This document shows positions 44,301 to 59,300 of a DNA stretch of 64,000 nucleotides, piece by piece. Source of the DNA: Squalus acanthias. Its lineage: Eukaryota. Positions within the stretch are counted from its first letter, which is position 1, and each line of letters opens with the position of its first letter. The stretch spans positions 62,001 to 126,000 of the forward strand of contig JASTWF010000337.1 of assembly GCA_030390025.1 (NCBI GenBank). The letters run 5' to 3'. The notes under the pieces were generated by a model. It did not search any database, was not told where the DNA came from, and saw only the letters and a program-made list of their open reading frames with translations. The translations under genes and the position numbers were made by a program.

Positions 44301-47300
44301 GTGTGTGTGAGAGAGAGACAGACTGTGAGCGTGTGAGAGAGACAGACTGAGTGCGTGTGAGAGAGAGACAGACTGAGTGTGTGTGAGAGAGAGAGACAGT
44401 CTGTGAGTGTGAGAGATATAGACAGGCTGTGAGTGTGTGAGAGAGAGACAGACTGTGAGTGTGTGTGTGAGAGAGAGATAGACTGTGAGTGTGTGAGAGA
44501 GACAGATTGTGAGTGTGTGAGAGAGAGACAGCCTGTGAGTGTGTGTGACAGAGAGACTGACTGTGAGTGTGTGAGAGAGACAGATTGTGAGTGTGTGAGA
44601 GAGAGAGACAGACTGTGAGTGTTTGAGAGAGACAGACTGTGAGAGTGTGAGAGAGACAGACTGTGAGTGTGTGTGTGAGAGACTGAGACTGTGAGTGTGA
44701 GAGAGACAGACTGTGAGTGGATGTGAGAGTGACAGATTGTGAGTGTGTGAGAGAGACAGACTGTGAGTGTGTGAGAGAGAGAGACAGACTGTGAGTGTGA
44801 GTAAGAGACAGACTGAGAGTGTGTGAGAGAGACAGACTGTGAGTGTGAGTAAGAGACAGACTGAGAGTGTGTGAGGGAGAGACAGACTGTGAGTGTGTGT
44901 GATAGAGAGAGACAGACTGAGTGTGTGAGAGAGACAGACTGAGTGTGTGAGAGAGACAGACTGTGAGTGTGTGAGAGAGAGACAGACTGTGAGTGTGTGT
45001 GAGAGAGACAGACTGTGAGTGTGTGAGAGAGAGAGACAGACTGTGAGTGTGTGTGAGAGAGACAGACTGTGAGTGTGTGAGAGAGAGAGACAGACTGTGA
45101 GTGTGTGAGAGAGGCAGACTGTGAGTGTGTGAGAGATAGAGACAGACTGTGAGTGTGTGAGAGAGAGAGACAGACTGTGAGTGTGTGAGAGAGAGAGACA
45201 GAATTTGAGTGTGATGAGAGAGAGACAGACTGAGTGTGTAAGAGAGAGAGACAGACTGAGTGTGTGTGAGAGAGGCAGACTGAGTGAGTGTGTGCGGGAG
45301 AGAGACTGAGTGTGTGTGAGAGAGAGACAGACTGTGAATTGGTCTGAGATAGAGACAGACTGTGAGTGTGTGTGAGAGAGAGACAGACTGTGAGTGTGTG
45401 AGAGAGACAGATTGTGAGTGTGTGAGAGAGAGACAGCCTGTGAGTGTGTGTGACAGAGAGGCTGACTGTGAGTGTGTGAGAGAGACAGATTGTGAGTGTG
45501 TGAGAGAGAGAGACAGACTGTGAGTGTTTGAGAGAGACAGACTGTGAGTGTGTGAGAGAGACAGACTGTGAGTGTGTGAGAGAGAGAGACAGACTGTGAG
45601 TGTGTGTGAGAGACAGACTGTGAGTGTGTGAGAGGGAGAGACAGACTGTGAGTGTGAGAGAGAGAAACAGACTGTGAGTGTGTGTGAGAGAGACTGAGAC
45701 TGTGAGTGTGTGTGAGAGAGAGAGACAGACTGTGAGTGTGTGAGAGAGACAGACTGAGTGATTGTGTGCGGGAGAGAGACTGAGTGTGTGCGATAGAGAG
45801 ACAGACTGTGAATCTGTCTGAGATAGAGACAGACTGAGTGTGTGTGAGAGAGACAGACTGTGAGTGTTTGTGAGAGAGAGACAGAATGTGAGTGTGAGTA
45901 AGAGACAGACTGTGAGTGTGTGTGAGTGAGAGACAGACTGTGAGTGTGTGTGAAAGAGAGACAGACTTTGAGCGTGTGAGAGAGAGACAGACTGTGAGTG
46001 TGTGAGAGTTTCAGACTGAGTGCGTGTGAGAGAGAGAGACAGACTGAGTGTGTGTGAGAGAGAGACAGACTGAGTTTGTGTGAGAGAGAGACAGTGTGAG
46101 TGTGTGAGAGAGAGAGACAGACTGTGAGTGTGTGAGAGAGAGACTGTGAGTGTGTGCGAGAGAGAGACAGACTGTGAGTGTGTGTGAGAGAGACAGCCTG
46201 TGAGTGTGTTTGTGAGAGACAGACTGAGTATGTGAGAGAGAAATACAGACTGTGATTGTGTGACAGAGACAGACTGTGAGTGTGTGAGAGAGAGAGACAG
46301 ACTGAGTGTGTGTGAGAGAGACAGACTGTGAGTGTGTGAGAGAGAGACATAGACTGTGAGTGTTTGAGAGAGACAGACTGTGAGTGTGTGAGAGAGACAG
46401 ACTGTGAGTGTGTGAGAGAGAGACATAGACTGTGAGTGTTTGAGAGAGACAGACTGTGAGGGTGTGAGAGAGACAGACTGTGAGTGTGTGAGAGAGAGAG
46501 ACAGACTGTGAGTGTGAGTGAGAGAGACAGACTGTGAGTGTGAGTAAGAGACAGACTGAGAGTGTGTGAGAGAGAGACAGACTGTGAGTGTGAGTAAGAG
46601 ACAGACTGAGAGTGTGTGAGAGAGAGACAGACTGTGAGTGTGTGTGATAGAGAGAGACAGACTGAGTGTGTGAGAGAGAGAGACTGAGTGTGTGAGAGAG
46701 AGACAGACTGTGAGTGTGTGAGAGAGAGACAGACTGTGAGTGTGTGTGAGAGAGACAGACTGTGAGTGTGTGAGAGAGAGAGACAGACTGTGAGTGTGTG
46801 TGAGAGAGACAGACTGTGAGTGTGTGAGAGAGAGAGACAGACTGTGAGTGTGTCAGAGAGGCAGACTGTGAGTGTGTGAGAGATAGAGACAGACTGTGAG
46901 TGTGTGAGAGAGAGAGACAGACTGTGAGTGTGTGAGAGAGGCAGACAGACTGTGAGTCTGTGTGAGAGAGACAGACTGCGAGTATGTGAGAGTGAGACAG
47001 ACTGATTGTGTGTGATGGAGACACAGATTGTGAGTGTGAGAGCGAGACAGACTGAGTGTGTGAGAGAGAGAGACAGAATTTGAGTGTGTGTGAGAGAGAG
47101 ACAGACTGAGTGTGTAAGAGAGAGAGACAGACTGAGTGTGTGTGAGAGAGGCAGACTGAGTGAGTGTGTGCGGGAGAGAGACTGAGTGTGTGTGAGAGAG
47201 AGACAGACTGTGAATTGGTCTGAGATAGAGACAGACTGTGAGTGTGTGTGAGAGAGAGACAGACTGTGAGTGTGTGAGAGAGAGACAGACTGTGAGTGTG

Positions 47301-50300
47301 TGTGAGAGAGACAGACTGTGAGTGTGTGAGAGAGAGAGACAGACTGTGAGTGTGTGTGAGAGAGACAGACTGTGAGTGTGTGAGAGAGAGAGACAGACTG
47401 TGAGTGTGTGAGAGAGGCAGACTGTGAGTGTGTGAGAGAGAGAGACAGACTGAGTGTGTGTGAGAGAGAGACAGACTGTGAGTGTGAGTAAGAGACAGAC
47501 TGTGAGTGTGTGTGAGTGAGAGACAGACTGTGATTGTGTGTGAGAGAGAGACAGACTGTGAGCATGTGAGAGAGAGACAGTCTGTGTGTGTGTGAGAGTT
47601 TCAGACTGAGTGTGTGTGAGAGAGAGACAGACTGAGTTTGTGTGAGAGAGAGAGACTGTGAGTGTGTGAGAGAGAGAGACAGACTGTGAGTGTGTGAGAG
47701 AGAGACTGTGAGTTTGTGCGAGAGAGAGACAGACTGTGAGTATGTGAGAGAGAAAGACAGACTGTGATTGTGTGACAGAGACAGATTGTGAGTGTGTGAG
47801 AGAGAGAGACAGACTGAGTGTGTGTGAGAGAGACAGACTGTGAGTGTGAGTAAGAGACAGACTGTGAGTGTGTGAGAGAGAGACAGACTGTGAGTGTGAG
47901 TAAGAGACAGACTGTGAGTGTGTGAGAGAGAGACAGACTGTGAGTGTGAGTAAGGGACAGACTGAGTGCGTGTGAGAGAGAGACAGACTGAGTGTGTGTG
48001 AGAGAGAGAGACAGACTGAGTGTGTGTGAGAGAGAGACACACTGAGTTTGTGTGAGAGAGAGAGACAGACTGTGAGTGTGTGTGAGAGAGAGAGACAGAC
48101 TGTGAGTGTGTGAGAGAGAGAGACAGACTGTGAGTGTGTGTGATAGAGAGACAGACTGAGTGTGTGAGAGAGGCAGACTGTGAGTGTGTGAGAGAGAGAC
48201 AGACTGTGAGTGTGTGTGATAGAGAGAGACAGACTGAGCGTGTGAGAGAGAGAGACTGAGTGTGTGACAGAGAGACAGACTGTGAGTGTGTGAGAGAGAG
48301 ACAGACTGTGAGTGTGTGAGAGAGAGACAGACTGTGAGTGTGTGAGAGAGCGAGACAGACTGTGAGTGTGTGTGAGAGAGACAGACTGTGAGTGTGAGTA
48401 AGAGACAGACTGTGAGTGTGTGAGAGAGAGACAGACTGTGAGTGTGAGTAAGAGACAGACTGTGAGTGGGTGAGAGAGAGACAGACTGTGAGTGTGTGCG
48501 AGAGAGAGACAGACTGTGAGTGTGTGTGAGAGAGAGACAGACTGTGAGTGTGTGAGAGAGAGACTGTGACTGTGTGCGAGAGAGAGACAGACTGTGAGTG
48601 TGTGAGAGAGAGACTGTGAGTGTGTGCGAGAGAGAGACAGACTGTGAGTGCATGTGAGAGAGACAGCCTGTGAGTGTGTTTGTGAGAGACAGACTGTGAG
48701 TGTGTGAGAGAGAAAGACAGATTGTGAGTGTGTGAGAGAGACAGATTGTGAGTGTGTGAGAGAGAGAGACAGACTGAGTGTGTGTGAGAGAGACAGACTG
48801 TGAGTGTGAGTAAGAGACAGACTGTGAGTGTGTGAGAGAGAGACAGACTGTGAGTGTGAGTAAGAGACAGACTGTGAGTGTGTGAGAGAGAGACAGACTG
48901 TGAGTGTGAGTAAGAGACAGACTGAGTGCGTGTGAGAGAGAGACAGACTGAGTGTGTGTGAGAGAGAGAGACAGATTGAGTGTGTGAGAGAGGCAGACTG
49001 TGAGTGTGTGAGAGAGAGACAGACTGTGAGTGTGTGTGATAGAGAGAGACAGACTGAGTGTGTGAGAGAGAGAGACTGAGTGTGTGAGAGAGAGGCAGAC
49101 TGTGAGTGTGTGAGAGAGAGACAGACTGTGAGTGCGTGAGAGAGAGACAGACTGTGAGTGTGTGAGAGTGAGACAGACTGTGAGTGTGTGAGAGAGAGAC
49201 AGACTGTGAGTGTGTGTGAGAGAGAGACAGACTGTGAGTGTGTGTGAGAGGCAGACAGATTGTGAGTGTGTGAGAGAGACAGACTTTGAGTGAGTGTGTG
49301 AGAGAGACAGACTGTGTCTGTGTGAGAGAGAGACAGACTGTGAGTGTGTGAGAGAGAGATAGACTGAGTGTGTGTGAGAGAGAGACAGATTGTGAGTGTG
49401 TGTGAGAGAGACAGACTGTGAGTGTGTGTGAGAGAGGGATAGACTGTGAGTGTGTGAGAGAGACAGACTGAGTATGTGAGTGTGTGAGTGAGACAGACTG
49501 AGTGTGTGTGAGAGAGAGGCAGACTGAGTGTGTAAGTGAGAGAGACAGATGTGAGTGTGTGAGAGAGAGCTAGAGTGTGAGTGTGAGAGAGAGAGACAGA
49601 CTGTGAGTGTGTGTGAGAGAGAGACAGACTGAGTGTGTGAGAGAGGCAGACAGACTGTGAGTGTCTGTGAGAAAGACAGACTGTGAGTGTGTAAGAGAGA
49701 GAGACAAACTGTGAGTGTGTATGAGATAGTGACAGAATGAGTGTGTGTGTGTGAGAGAGATAGTCTGAGTTTGCGTGAGAGAGACAGACTGCGATTATGT
49801 GAGTGAGACAGATTGAGTGTGTGTGAGAGAGAGACAGACTGAGTGTATGAGAGAGAGAGACAGACTGTGAGTGTGTGATGGAGACACAGATTGTGAGTGT
49901 GAGAGAGAGACAGACTGAGTGTGTGAGAGAGACAGACAGAATTGGAGTGTGTGTGAGAGAGAGACAGACTGAGTGTGTAAGAGAGAGAGACAGACTGAGT
50001 GTGTGTGAGAGAGACAGACTGAGTGAGTGTGTGCGGGAGAGAGACTGAGTGTGTGTGAGAGAGAGACAGGCTGTGAATTGGTCTGATATAGAGACAGACT
50101 GAGTGTGTGTGAGAGAGACAGACTGTGAGTGTGTGTGAGAGAGAGACAGACTGTGAGCGTGTGAGAGAGACAGACTGTGAGTGTGAGTAAGAGACAGACT
50201 GTGAGTGTGTGTGAGTGAGAGACAGACTGTGAGTGTGTGTGAGAGAGAGACAGACTGTGAGCGTGTGAGAGAGACAGACTGAGTGCGTGTGAGAGAGAGA

Positions 50301-53300
50301 CAGACTGAGTGTGTGTGAGAGAGAGAGACAGTCTGTGAGTGTGAGAGATATAGACAGGCTGTGAGTGTGTGAGAGAGAGACAGACTGTGAGTGTGTGTGT
50401 GAGAGAGAGATAGACTGTGAGTGTGTGAGAGAGACAGATTGTGAGTGTGTGAGAGAGAGACAGCCTGTGAGTGTGTGTGACAGAGAGACTGACTGTGAGT
50501 GTGTGAGAGAGACAGATTGTGAGTGTGTGAGAGAGAGAGACAGACTGTGAGTGTTTGAGAGAGACAGACTGTGAGAGTGTGAGAGAGACAGACTGTGAGT
50601 GTGTGTGTGAGAGACTGAGACTGTGAGTGTGAGAGAGACAGACTGTGAGTGGATGTGAGAGTGACAGATTGTGAGTGTGTGAGAGAGACAGACTGAGTGA
50701 TTGTGTGCGGGAGAGAGACTGAGTGTGTGTGAGAGAGAGACAGACTGTGAATGTGTCTGAGATAGAGACAGACTGAGTGTGTGTGAGAGAGACAGACTGT
50801 GAGTGTGTGTGAGAGAGAGACAGACTGTGAGTGAGTGAGAGAGGCAGACAGACTGTGAGTTTGTGTGAGAGAGAGACAGACTGTGAGTTTGTGAGAGAGA
50901 GACAGACTGATTGTGTGTGATGGAGACACAGATTGTGAGTGTGAGAGAGAGACAGACTGAGTGTGTGAGAGAGAGAGACAGAATTTGAGTGTGTGTGAGA
51001 GAGAGACAGACTGAGTGTGTAAGAGAGAGAGACAGACTGAGTGTGTGTGAGAGCGACAGACTGAGTGAGTGTGTGCGGGAGAGAGACTGAGTGTGTGTGA
51101 GAGAGAGACAGACTGTGAATTGGACTGAGATAGAGACAGACTGTGAGTGTGTGTGAGAGAGAGACAGACTGTGAGTGTGTGAGAGAGACAGATTGTGATT
51201 GTGTGAGAGAGAGACAGCCTGTGAGTGTGTGTGACAGAGAGACTGACTGTGAGTGTGTGAGAGAGACAGATTGTGAGTGTGTGAGAGAGAGAGACAGACT
51301 GTGAGTGTGTGAGAGAGAGAGACAGACTGTGAGTGTTTGAGAGAGACAGACTGTGAGTGTGTGAGGGAGACAGACTGTGAGTGTGTGAGAGAGAGACACA
51401 GACTGTGAGTGTTTGAGAGAGACAGACTGTGAGTGTGTGAGAGAGACAGACTGTGAGTGTGTGAGAGAGAGAGACAGACTGTGAGTGTGAGTGAGACAGA
51501 CTGTGAGTGTGAGAGAGACAGATTGTGAGTGTGTGAGAGAGAGAAACAGACTGTGAGTGTGTGTGAGAGAGACTGAGACTGTGAGTGTGAGAGAGACAGA
51601 CTGTGAGTGTGTGAGAGAGAGAGACAGACTGTGAGTGGATGTGAGAGTGACAGATTGTGAGTGTGTGAGAGAGACAGACTGTGAGTGTGTGAGAGTGAGA
51701 GACAGACTGTGAGTGTGAGTAAGAGACAGACTGAGAGTGTGTGAGAGAGACAGACTGTGAGTGTGAGTAAGAGACAGACTGAGAGTGTGTGAGAGAGAGA
51801 CAGACTGTGAGTGTGTGTGATAGAGAGAGACAGACTGAGTGTGTGAGAGAGACAGACTGAGTGTGTGAGAGAGACAGACTGTGAGTGTGTGAGAGAGAGA
51901 CAGACTGTGAGTGTGTGTGAGAGAGACAGACTGTGAGTGTGTGAGAGAGAGAGACAGACTGTGAGTGTGTGTGAGAGAGACAGACTGTGAGTGTGTGAGA
52001 GAGAGAGACAGACTGTGAGTGTGTGAGAGAGGCAGACTGTGAGTGTGTGAGAGATAGAGACAGACTGTGAGTGTGTGAGAGAGAGAGACAGACTGCGAGT
52101 GTGTGAGAGAGGCAGACAGACTGTGAGTTTGTGTGAGAGAGACAGACTGCGAGTATGTGAGAGTGAGACAGACTGATTGTGTGTGATGGAGACACAGATT
52201 GTGAGTGTGAGAGAGAGACAGACTGAGTGTGTGAGAGAGAGAGACAGAATTTGAGTGTGTGTGAGAGAGAGACAGACTGAGTGTGTAAGAGAGAGAGACA
52301 GACTGAGTGTGTGTGAGAGAGGCAGACTGAGTGAGTGTGTCCGGGAGAGAGACTGAGTGTGTGTGAGAGAGAGACAGACTGTGAATTGGTCTGAGATAGA
52401 GACAGACTGTGAGTGTGTGTGAGAGAGAGACAGACTGTGAGTGTGTGAGAGAGACAGATTGTGAGTGTGTGAGAGAGAGACAGCCTGTGAGTGTGTGTGA
52501 CAGAGAGGCTGACTGTGAGTGTGTGAGAGAGACAGATTGTGAGTGTGTGAGAGAGAGAGACAGACTGTGAGTGTTTGAGAGAGACAGACTGTGAGTGTGT
52601 GAGAGAGACAGACTGTGAGTGTGTGAGAGAGAGAGACAGACTGTGAGTGTGTGTGAGAGACAGACTGTGAGTGTGTGAGAGGGAGAGACAGACTGTGAGT
52701 GTGAGTGAGAGAGACAGACTGTGAGTGTGAGAGAGACAGATTGTGAGTGTGTGAGAGAGAGAAACAGACTGTGAGTGTGTGTGAGAGAGACTGAGACTGT
52801 GAGTGTGTGTGAGAGAGAGAGACAGACTGTGAGTGTGTGAGAGAGACAGACTGAGTGATTGTGTGCGGGAGAGAGACTGAGTGTGTGCGATAGAGAGACA
52901 GACTGTGAATCTGTCTGAGATAGAGACAGACTGAGTGTGTGTGAGAGAGACAGACTGTGAGTGTTTGTGAGAGAGAGACAGAATGTGAGTGTGAGTAAGA
53001 GACAGACTGTGAGTGTGTGTGAGTGAGAGACAGACTGTGAGTGTGTGTGAAAGAGAGACAGACTTTGAGCGTGTGAGAGAGAGACAGACTGTGAGTGTGT
53101 GAGAGTTTCAGACTGAGTGCGTGTGAGAGAGAGAGACAGACTGAGTGTGTGTGAGAGAGAGACAGACTGAGTTTGTGTGAGAGAGAGACAGTGTGAGTGT
53201 GTGAGAGAGAGAGACAGACTGTGAGTGTGTGAGAGAGAGACTGTGAGTGTGTGCGAGAGAGAGACAGACTGTGAGTGTGTGTGAGAGAGACAGCCTGTGA

Positions 53301-56300
53301 GTGTGTTTGTGAGAGACAGACTGAGTATGTGAGAGAGAAATACAGACTGTGATTGTGTGACAGAGACAGACTGTGAGTGTGTGAGAGAGAGAGACAGACT
53401 GAGTGTGTGTGAGAGAGACAGACTGTGAGTGTGTGAGAGAGAGACATAGACTGTGAGTGTTTGAGAGAGACAGACTGTGAGTGTGTGAGAGAGACAGACT
53501 GTGAGTGTGTGAGAGAGAGACATAGACTGTGAGTGTTTGAGAGAGACAGACTGTGAGGGTGTGAGAGAGACAGACTGTGAGTGTGTGAGAGAGAGAGACA
53601 GACTGTGAGTGTGAGTGAGAGAGACAGACTGTGAGTGTGAGTAAGAGACAGACTGAGAGTGTGTGAGAGAGAGACAGACTGTGAGTGTGAGTAAGAGACA
53701 GACTGAGAGTGTGTGAGAGAGAGACAGACTGTGAGTGTGTGTGATAGAGAGAGACAGACTGAGTGTGTGAGAGAGAGAGACTGAGTGTGTGAGAGAGAGA
53801 CAGACTGTGAGTGTGTGAGAGAGAGACAGACTGTGAGTGTGTGTGAGAGAGACAGACTGTGAGTGTGTGAGAGAGAGAGACAGACTGTGAGTGTGTGTGA
53901 GAGAGACAGACTGTGAGTGTGTGAGAGAGAGAGACAGACTGTGAGTGTGTCAGAGAGGCAGACTGTGAGTGTGTGAGAGATAGAGACAGACTGTGAGTGT
54001 GTGAGAGAGAGAGAGACAGACTGTGAGTGTGTGAGAGAGGCAGACAGACTGTGAGTCTGTGTGAGAGAGACAGACTGCGAGTATGTGAGAGTGAGACAGA
54101 CTGATTGTGTGTGATGGAGACACAGATTGTGAGTGTGAGAGAGAGACAGACTGAGTGTGTGAGAGAGAGAGACAGAATTTGAGTGTGTGTGAGAGAGAGA
54201 CAGACTGAGTGTGTAAGAGAGAGAGACAGACTGAGTGTGTATGAGAGAGGCAGACTGAGTGAGTGTGTGCGGGAGAGAGACTGAGTGTGTGTGAGAGAGA
54301 GACAGACTGTGAATTGGTCTGAGATAGAGACAGACTGTGAGTGTGTGTGAGAGAGAGACAGACTGTGAGTGTGTGAGAGAGAGACAGACTGTGAGTGTGT
54401 GTGAGAGAGACAGACTGTGAGTGTGTGAGAGAGAGACAGACTGTGAGTGTGTGTGAGAGAGACAGACTGTGAGTGTGTGAGAGAGAGAGACAGACTGTGA
54501 GTGTGTGAGAGAGGCAGACTGTGAGTGTGTGAGAGAGAGAGACAGACTGTGTGTGTGTGAGAGAGAGACAGACTGTGAGTGTGAGTAAGAGACAGACTGT
54601 GAGTGTGTGTGAGTGAGAGACAGACTGTGATTGTGTGTGAGAGAGAGACAGACTGTGAGCATGTGAGAGAGAGACAGTCTGTGTGTGTGTGAGAGTTTCA
54701 GACTGAGTGTGTGTGAGAGAGACAGACTGAGTTTGTGTGAGAGAGAGAGACTGTGAGTGTGTGAGAGAGAGAGACAGACTGTGAGTGTGTGAGAGAGAGA
54801 CTGTGAGTTTGTGCGAGAGAGAGACAGACTGTGAGTATGTGAGAGAGAAAGACAGACTGTGATTGTGTGACAGAGACAGATTGTGAGTGTGTGAGAGAGA
54901 GAGACAGACTGAGTGTGTGTGAGAGAGACAGACTGTGAGTGTGAGTAAGAGACAGACTGTGAGTGTGTGAGAGAGAGACAGACTGTGAGTGTGAGTAAGA
55001 GACAGACTGTGAGTGTGTGAGAGAGAGACAGACTGTGAGTGTGAGTAAGGGACAGACTGAGTGCGTGTGAGAGAGAGACAGACTGAGTGTGTGTGAGAGA
55101 GAGAGACAGACTGAGTGTGTGTGAGAGAGAGACACACTGAGTTTGTGTGAGAGAGAGAGACAGACTGTGAGTGTGTGTGAGAGAGAGAGACAGACTGTGA
55201 GTGTGTGAGAGAGAGAGACAGACTGTGAGTGTGTGTGATAGAGAGACAGACTGAGTGTGTGAGAGAGGCAGACTGTGAGTGTGTGAGAGAGAGACAGACT
55301 GTGAGTGTGTGTGATAGAGAGAGACAGACTGAGCGTGTGAGAGAGAGAGACTGAGTGTGTGAGAGAGAGACAGACTGTGAGTGTGTGAGAGAGAGACAGA
55401 CTGTGAGTGTGTGAGAGAGAGACAGACTGTGAGTGTGTGAGAGAGCGAGACAGACTGTGAGTGTGTGTGAGAGAGACAGACTGTGAGTGTGAGTAAGAGA
55501 CAGACTGTGAGTGTGTGAGAGAGACAGACTGTGAGTGTGAGTAAGAGACAGACTGTGAGTGGGTGAGAGAGAGACAGACTGTGAGTGTGTGCGAGAGAGA
55601 GACAGACTGTGAGTGTGTGTGAGAGAGAGACAGACTGTGAGTGTGTGAGAGAGAGACTGTGACTGTGTGCGAGAGAGAGACAGACTGTGAGTGTGTGAGA
55701 GAGAGACTGTGAGTGTGTGCGAGAGAGAGACAGACTGTGAGTGTGAGTAAGAGACAGACTGTGAGTGTGTGTGAGTGAGAGACAGACTGTGATTGTGTGT
55801 GAGAGAGAGACAGACTGTGAGCATGTGAGAGAGAGACAGTCTGTGTGTGTGTGAGAGTTTCAGACTGAGTGTGTGTGAGAGAGACAGACTGAGTTTGTGT
55901 GAGAGAGAGAGACTGTGAGTGTGTGAGAGAGAGAGACAGACTGTGAGTGTGTGAGAGAGAGACTGTGAGTTTGTGCGAGAGAGAGACAGACTGTGAGTAT
56001 GTGAGAGAGAAAGACAGACTGTGATTGTGTGACAGAGACAGATTGTGAGTGTGTGAGAGAGAGAGACAGACTGAGTGTGTGTGAGAGAGACAGACTGTGA
56101 GTGTGAGTAAGAGACAGACTGTGAGTGTGTGAGAGAGAGACAGACTGTGAGTGTGAGTAAGAGACAGACTGTGAGTGTGTGAGAGAGAGACAGACTGTGA
56201 GTGTGAGTAAGGGACAGACTGAGTGCGTGTGAGAGAGAGACAGACTGAGTGTGTGTGAGAGAGAGAGACAGACTGAGTGTGTGTGAGAGAGAGACACACT

Positions 56301-59300
56301 GAGTTTGTGTGAGAGAGAGAGACAGACTGTGAGTGTGTGTGAGAGAGAGAGACAGACTGTGAGTGTGTGAGAGAGAGAGACAGACTGTGAGTGTGTGTGA
56401 TAGAGAGACAGACTGAGTGTGTGAGAGAGGCAGACTGTGAGTGTGTGAGAGAGAGACAGACTGTGAGTGTGTGTGATAGAGAGAGACAGACTGAGCGTGT
56501 GAGAGAGAGAGACTGAGTGTGTGAGAGAGAGACAGACTGTGAGTGTGTGAGAGAGAGACAGACTGTGAGTGTGTGAGAGAGAGACAGACTGTGAGTGTGT
56601 GAGAGAGCGAGACAGACTGTGAGTGTGTGTGAGAGAGACAGACTGTGAGTGTGAGTAAGAGACAGACTGTGAGTGTGTGAGAGAGACAGACTGTGAGTGT
56701 GAGTAAGAGACAGACTGTGAGTGGGTGAGAGAGAGACAGACTGTGAGTGTGTGCGAGAGAGAGACAGACTGTGAGTGTGTGTGAGAGAGAGACAGACTGT
56801 GAGTGTGTGAGAGAGAGACTGTGACTGTGTGCGAGAGAGAGACAGACTGTGAGTGTGTGAGAGAGAGACTGTGAGTGTGTGCGAGAGAGAGACAGACTGT
56901 GAGTGCATGTGAGAGAGACAGCCTGTGAGTGTGTTTGTGAGAGACAGACTGTGAGTGTGTGAGAGAGAAAGACAGACTGTGATTGTGTGAGAGAGACAGA
57001 TTGTGAGTGTGTGAGAGAGAGAGACAGACTGAGTGTGTGTGAGAGAGACAGACTGTGAGTGTGAGTAAGAGACAGACTGTGAGTGTGTGAGAGAGAGACA
57101 GACTGTGAGTGTGAGTAAGAGACAGACTGTGAGTGTGAGTAAGAGACAGACTGAGTGCGTGTGAGAGAGAGACAGACTGAGTGTGTGTGAGAGAGAGAGA
57201 CAGATTGAGTGTGTGAGAGAGGCAGACTGTGAGTGTGTGAGAGAGAGACAGACTGTGAGTGTGTGTGATAGAGAGAGACAGACTGAGTGTGTGAGAGAGA
57301 GAGACTGAGTGTGTGAGAGAGAGGCAGACTGTGAGTGTGTGAGAGAGAGACAGACTGTGAGTGCGTGAGAGAGAGACAGACTGTGAGTGTGTGAGAGTGA
57401 GACAGACTGTGAGTGTGTGAGAGAGAGACAGACTGTGAGTGTGTGTGAGAGAGAGACAGACTGTGAGTGTGTGTGAGAGGCAGACAGATTGTGAGTGTGT
57501 GAGAGAGACAGACTTTGAGTGAGTGTGTGAGAGAGACAGACTGTGTCTGTGTGAGAGAGAGACAGACTGTGAGTGTGTGAGAGAGAGATAGACTGAGTGT
57601 GTGTGAGAGAGAGACAGATTGTGAGTGTGTGTGAGAGAGACAGACTGTGAGTGTGTGTGAGAGAGGGATAGACTGTGAGTGTGTGAGAGAGACAGACTGA
57701 GTATGTGAGTGTGTGAGTGAGACAGACTGAGTGTGTGTGAGAGAGAGGCAGACTGAGTGTGTAAGTGAGAGAGACAGATGTGAGTGTGTGAGAGAGAGCT
57801 AGAGTGTGAGTGTGAGAGAGAGAGACAGACTGTGAGTGTGTGTGAGAGAGAGACAGACTGAGTGTGTGAGAGAGGCAGACAGACTGTGAGTGTCTGTGAG
57901 AAAGACAGACTGTGAGAGTGTAAGAGAGAGAGACAAACTGTGAGTGTGTATGAGATAGTGACAGAATGAGTGTGTGTGTGTGAGAGAGATAGTCTGAGTT
58001 TGCGTGAGAGAGACAGACTGCGATTATGTGAGTGAGACAGATTGAGTGTGTGTGAGAGAGAGACAGACTGAGTGTATGAGAGAGAGAGACAGACTGTGAG
58101 TGTGTGATGGAGACAAAGATTGTGAGTGTGAGAGAGAGACAGACTGAGTGTGTGAGAGAGACAGACAGAATTGGAGTGTGTGTGAGAGAGAGACAGACTG
58201 AGTGTGTAAGAGAGAGAGACAGACTGAGTGTGTGTGAGAGAGACAGACTGAGTGTGTGTGAGAGAGAGAGACAGACTGAGTGTGTGTGAGAGAGAGACAC
58301 ACTGAGTTTGTGTGAGAGAGAGAGACAGACTGTGAGTGTGTGTGAGAGAGAGAGACAGACTGTGAGTGTGTGAGAGAGAGAGACAGACTGTGAGTGTGTG
58401 TGATAGAGAGACAGACTGAGTGTGTGAGAGAGGCAGACTGTGAGTGTGTGAGAGAGAGACAGACTGTGAGTGTGTGTGATAGAGAGAGACAGACTGAGCG
58501 TGTGAGAGAGAGAGACTGAGTGTGTGAGAGAGAGACAGACTGTGAGTGTGTGAGAGAGAGACAGACTGTGAGTGTGTGAGAGAGAGACAGACTGTGAGTG
58601 TGTGAGAGAGCGAGACAGACTGTGAGTGTGTGTGAGAGAGACAGACTGTGAGTGTGAGTAAGAGACAGACTGTGAGTGTGTGAGAGAGACAGACTGTGAG
58701 TGTGAGTAAGAGACAGACTGTGAGTGGGTGAGAGAGAGACAGACTGTGAGTGTGTGCGAGAGAGAGACAGACTGTGAGTGTGTGTGAGAGAGAGACAGAC
58801 TGTGAGTGTGTGAGAGAGAGACTGTGACTGTGTGCGAGAGAGAGACAGACTGTGAGTGTGTGAGAGAGAGACTGTGAGTGTGTGCGAGAGAGAGACAGAC
58901 TGTGAGTGCATGTGAGAGAGACAGCCTGTGAGTGTGTTTGTGAGAGACAGACTGTGAGTGTGTGAGAGAGAAAGACAGACTGTGATTGTGTGAGAGAGAC
59001 AGATTGTGAGTGTGTGAGAGAGAGAGACAGACTGAGTGTGTGTGAGAGAGACAGACTGTGAGTGTGAGTAAGAGACAGACTGTGAGTGTGTGAGAGAGAG
59101 ACAGACTGTGAGTGTGAGTAAGAGACAGACTGTGAGTGTGAGTAAGAGACAGACTGAGTGCGTGTGAGAGAGAGACAGACTGAGTGTGTGTGAGAGAGAG
59201 AGACAGATTGAGTGTGTGAGAGAGGCAGACTGTGAGTGTGTGAGAGAGAGACAGACTGTGAGTGTGTGTGATAGAGAGAGACAGACTGAGTGTGTGAGAG

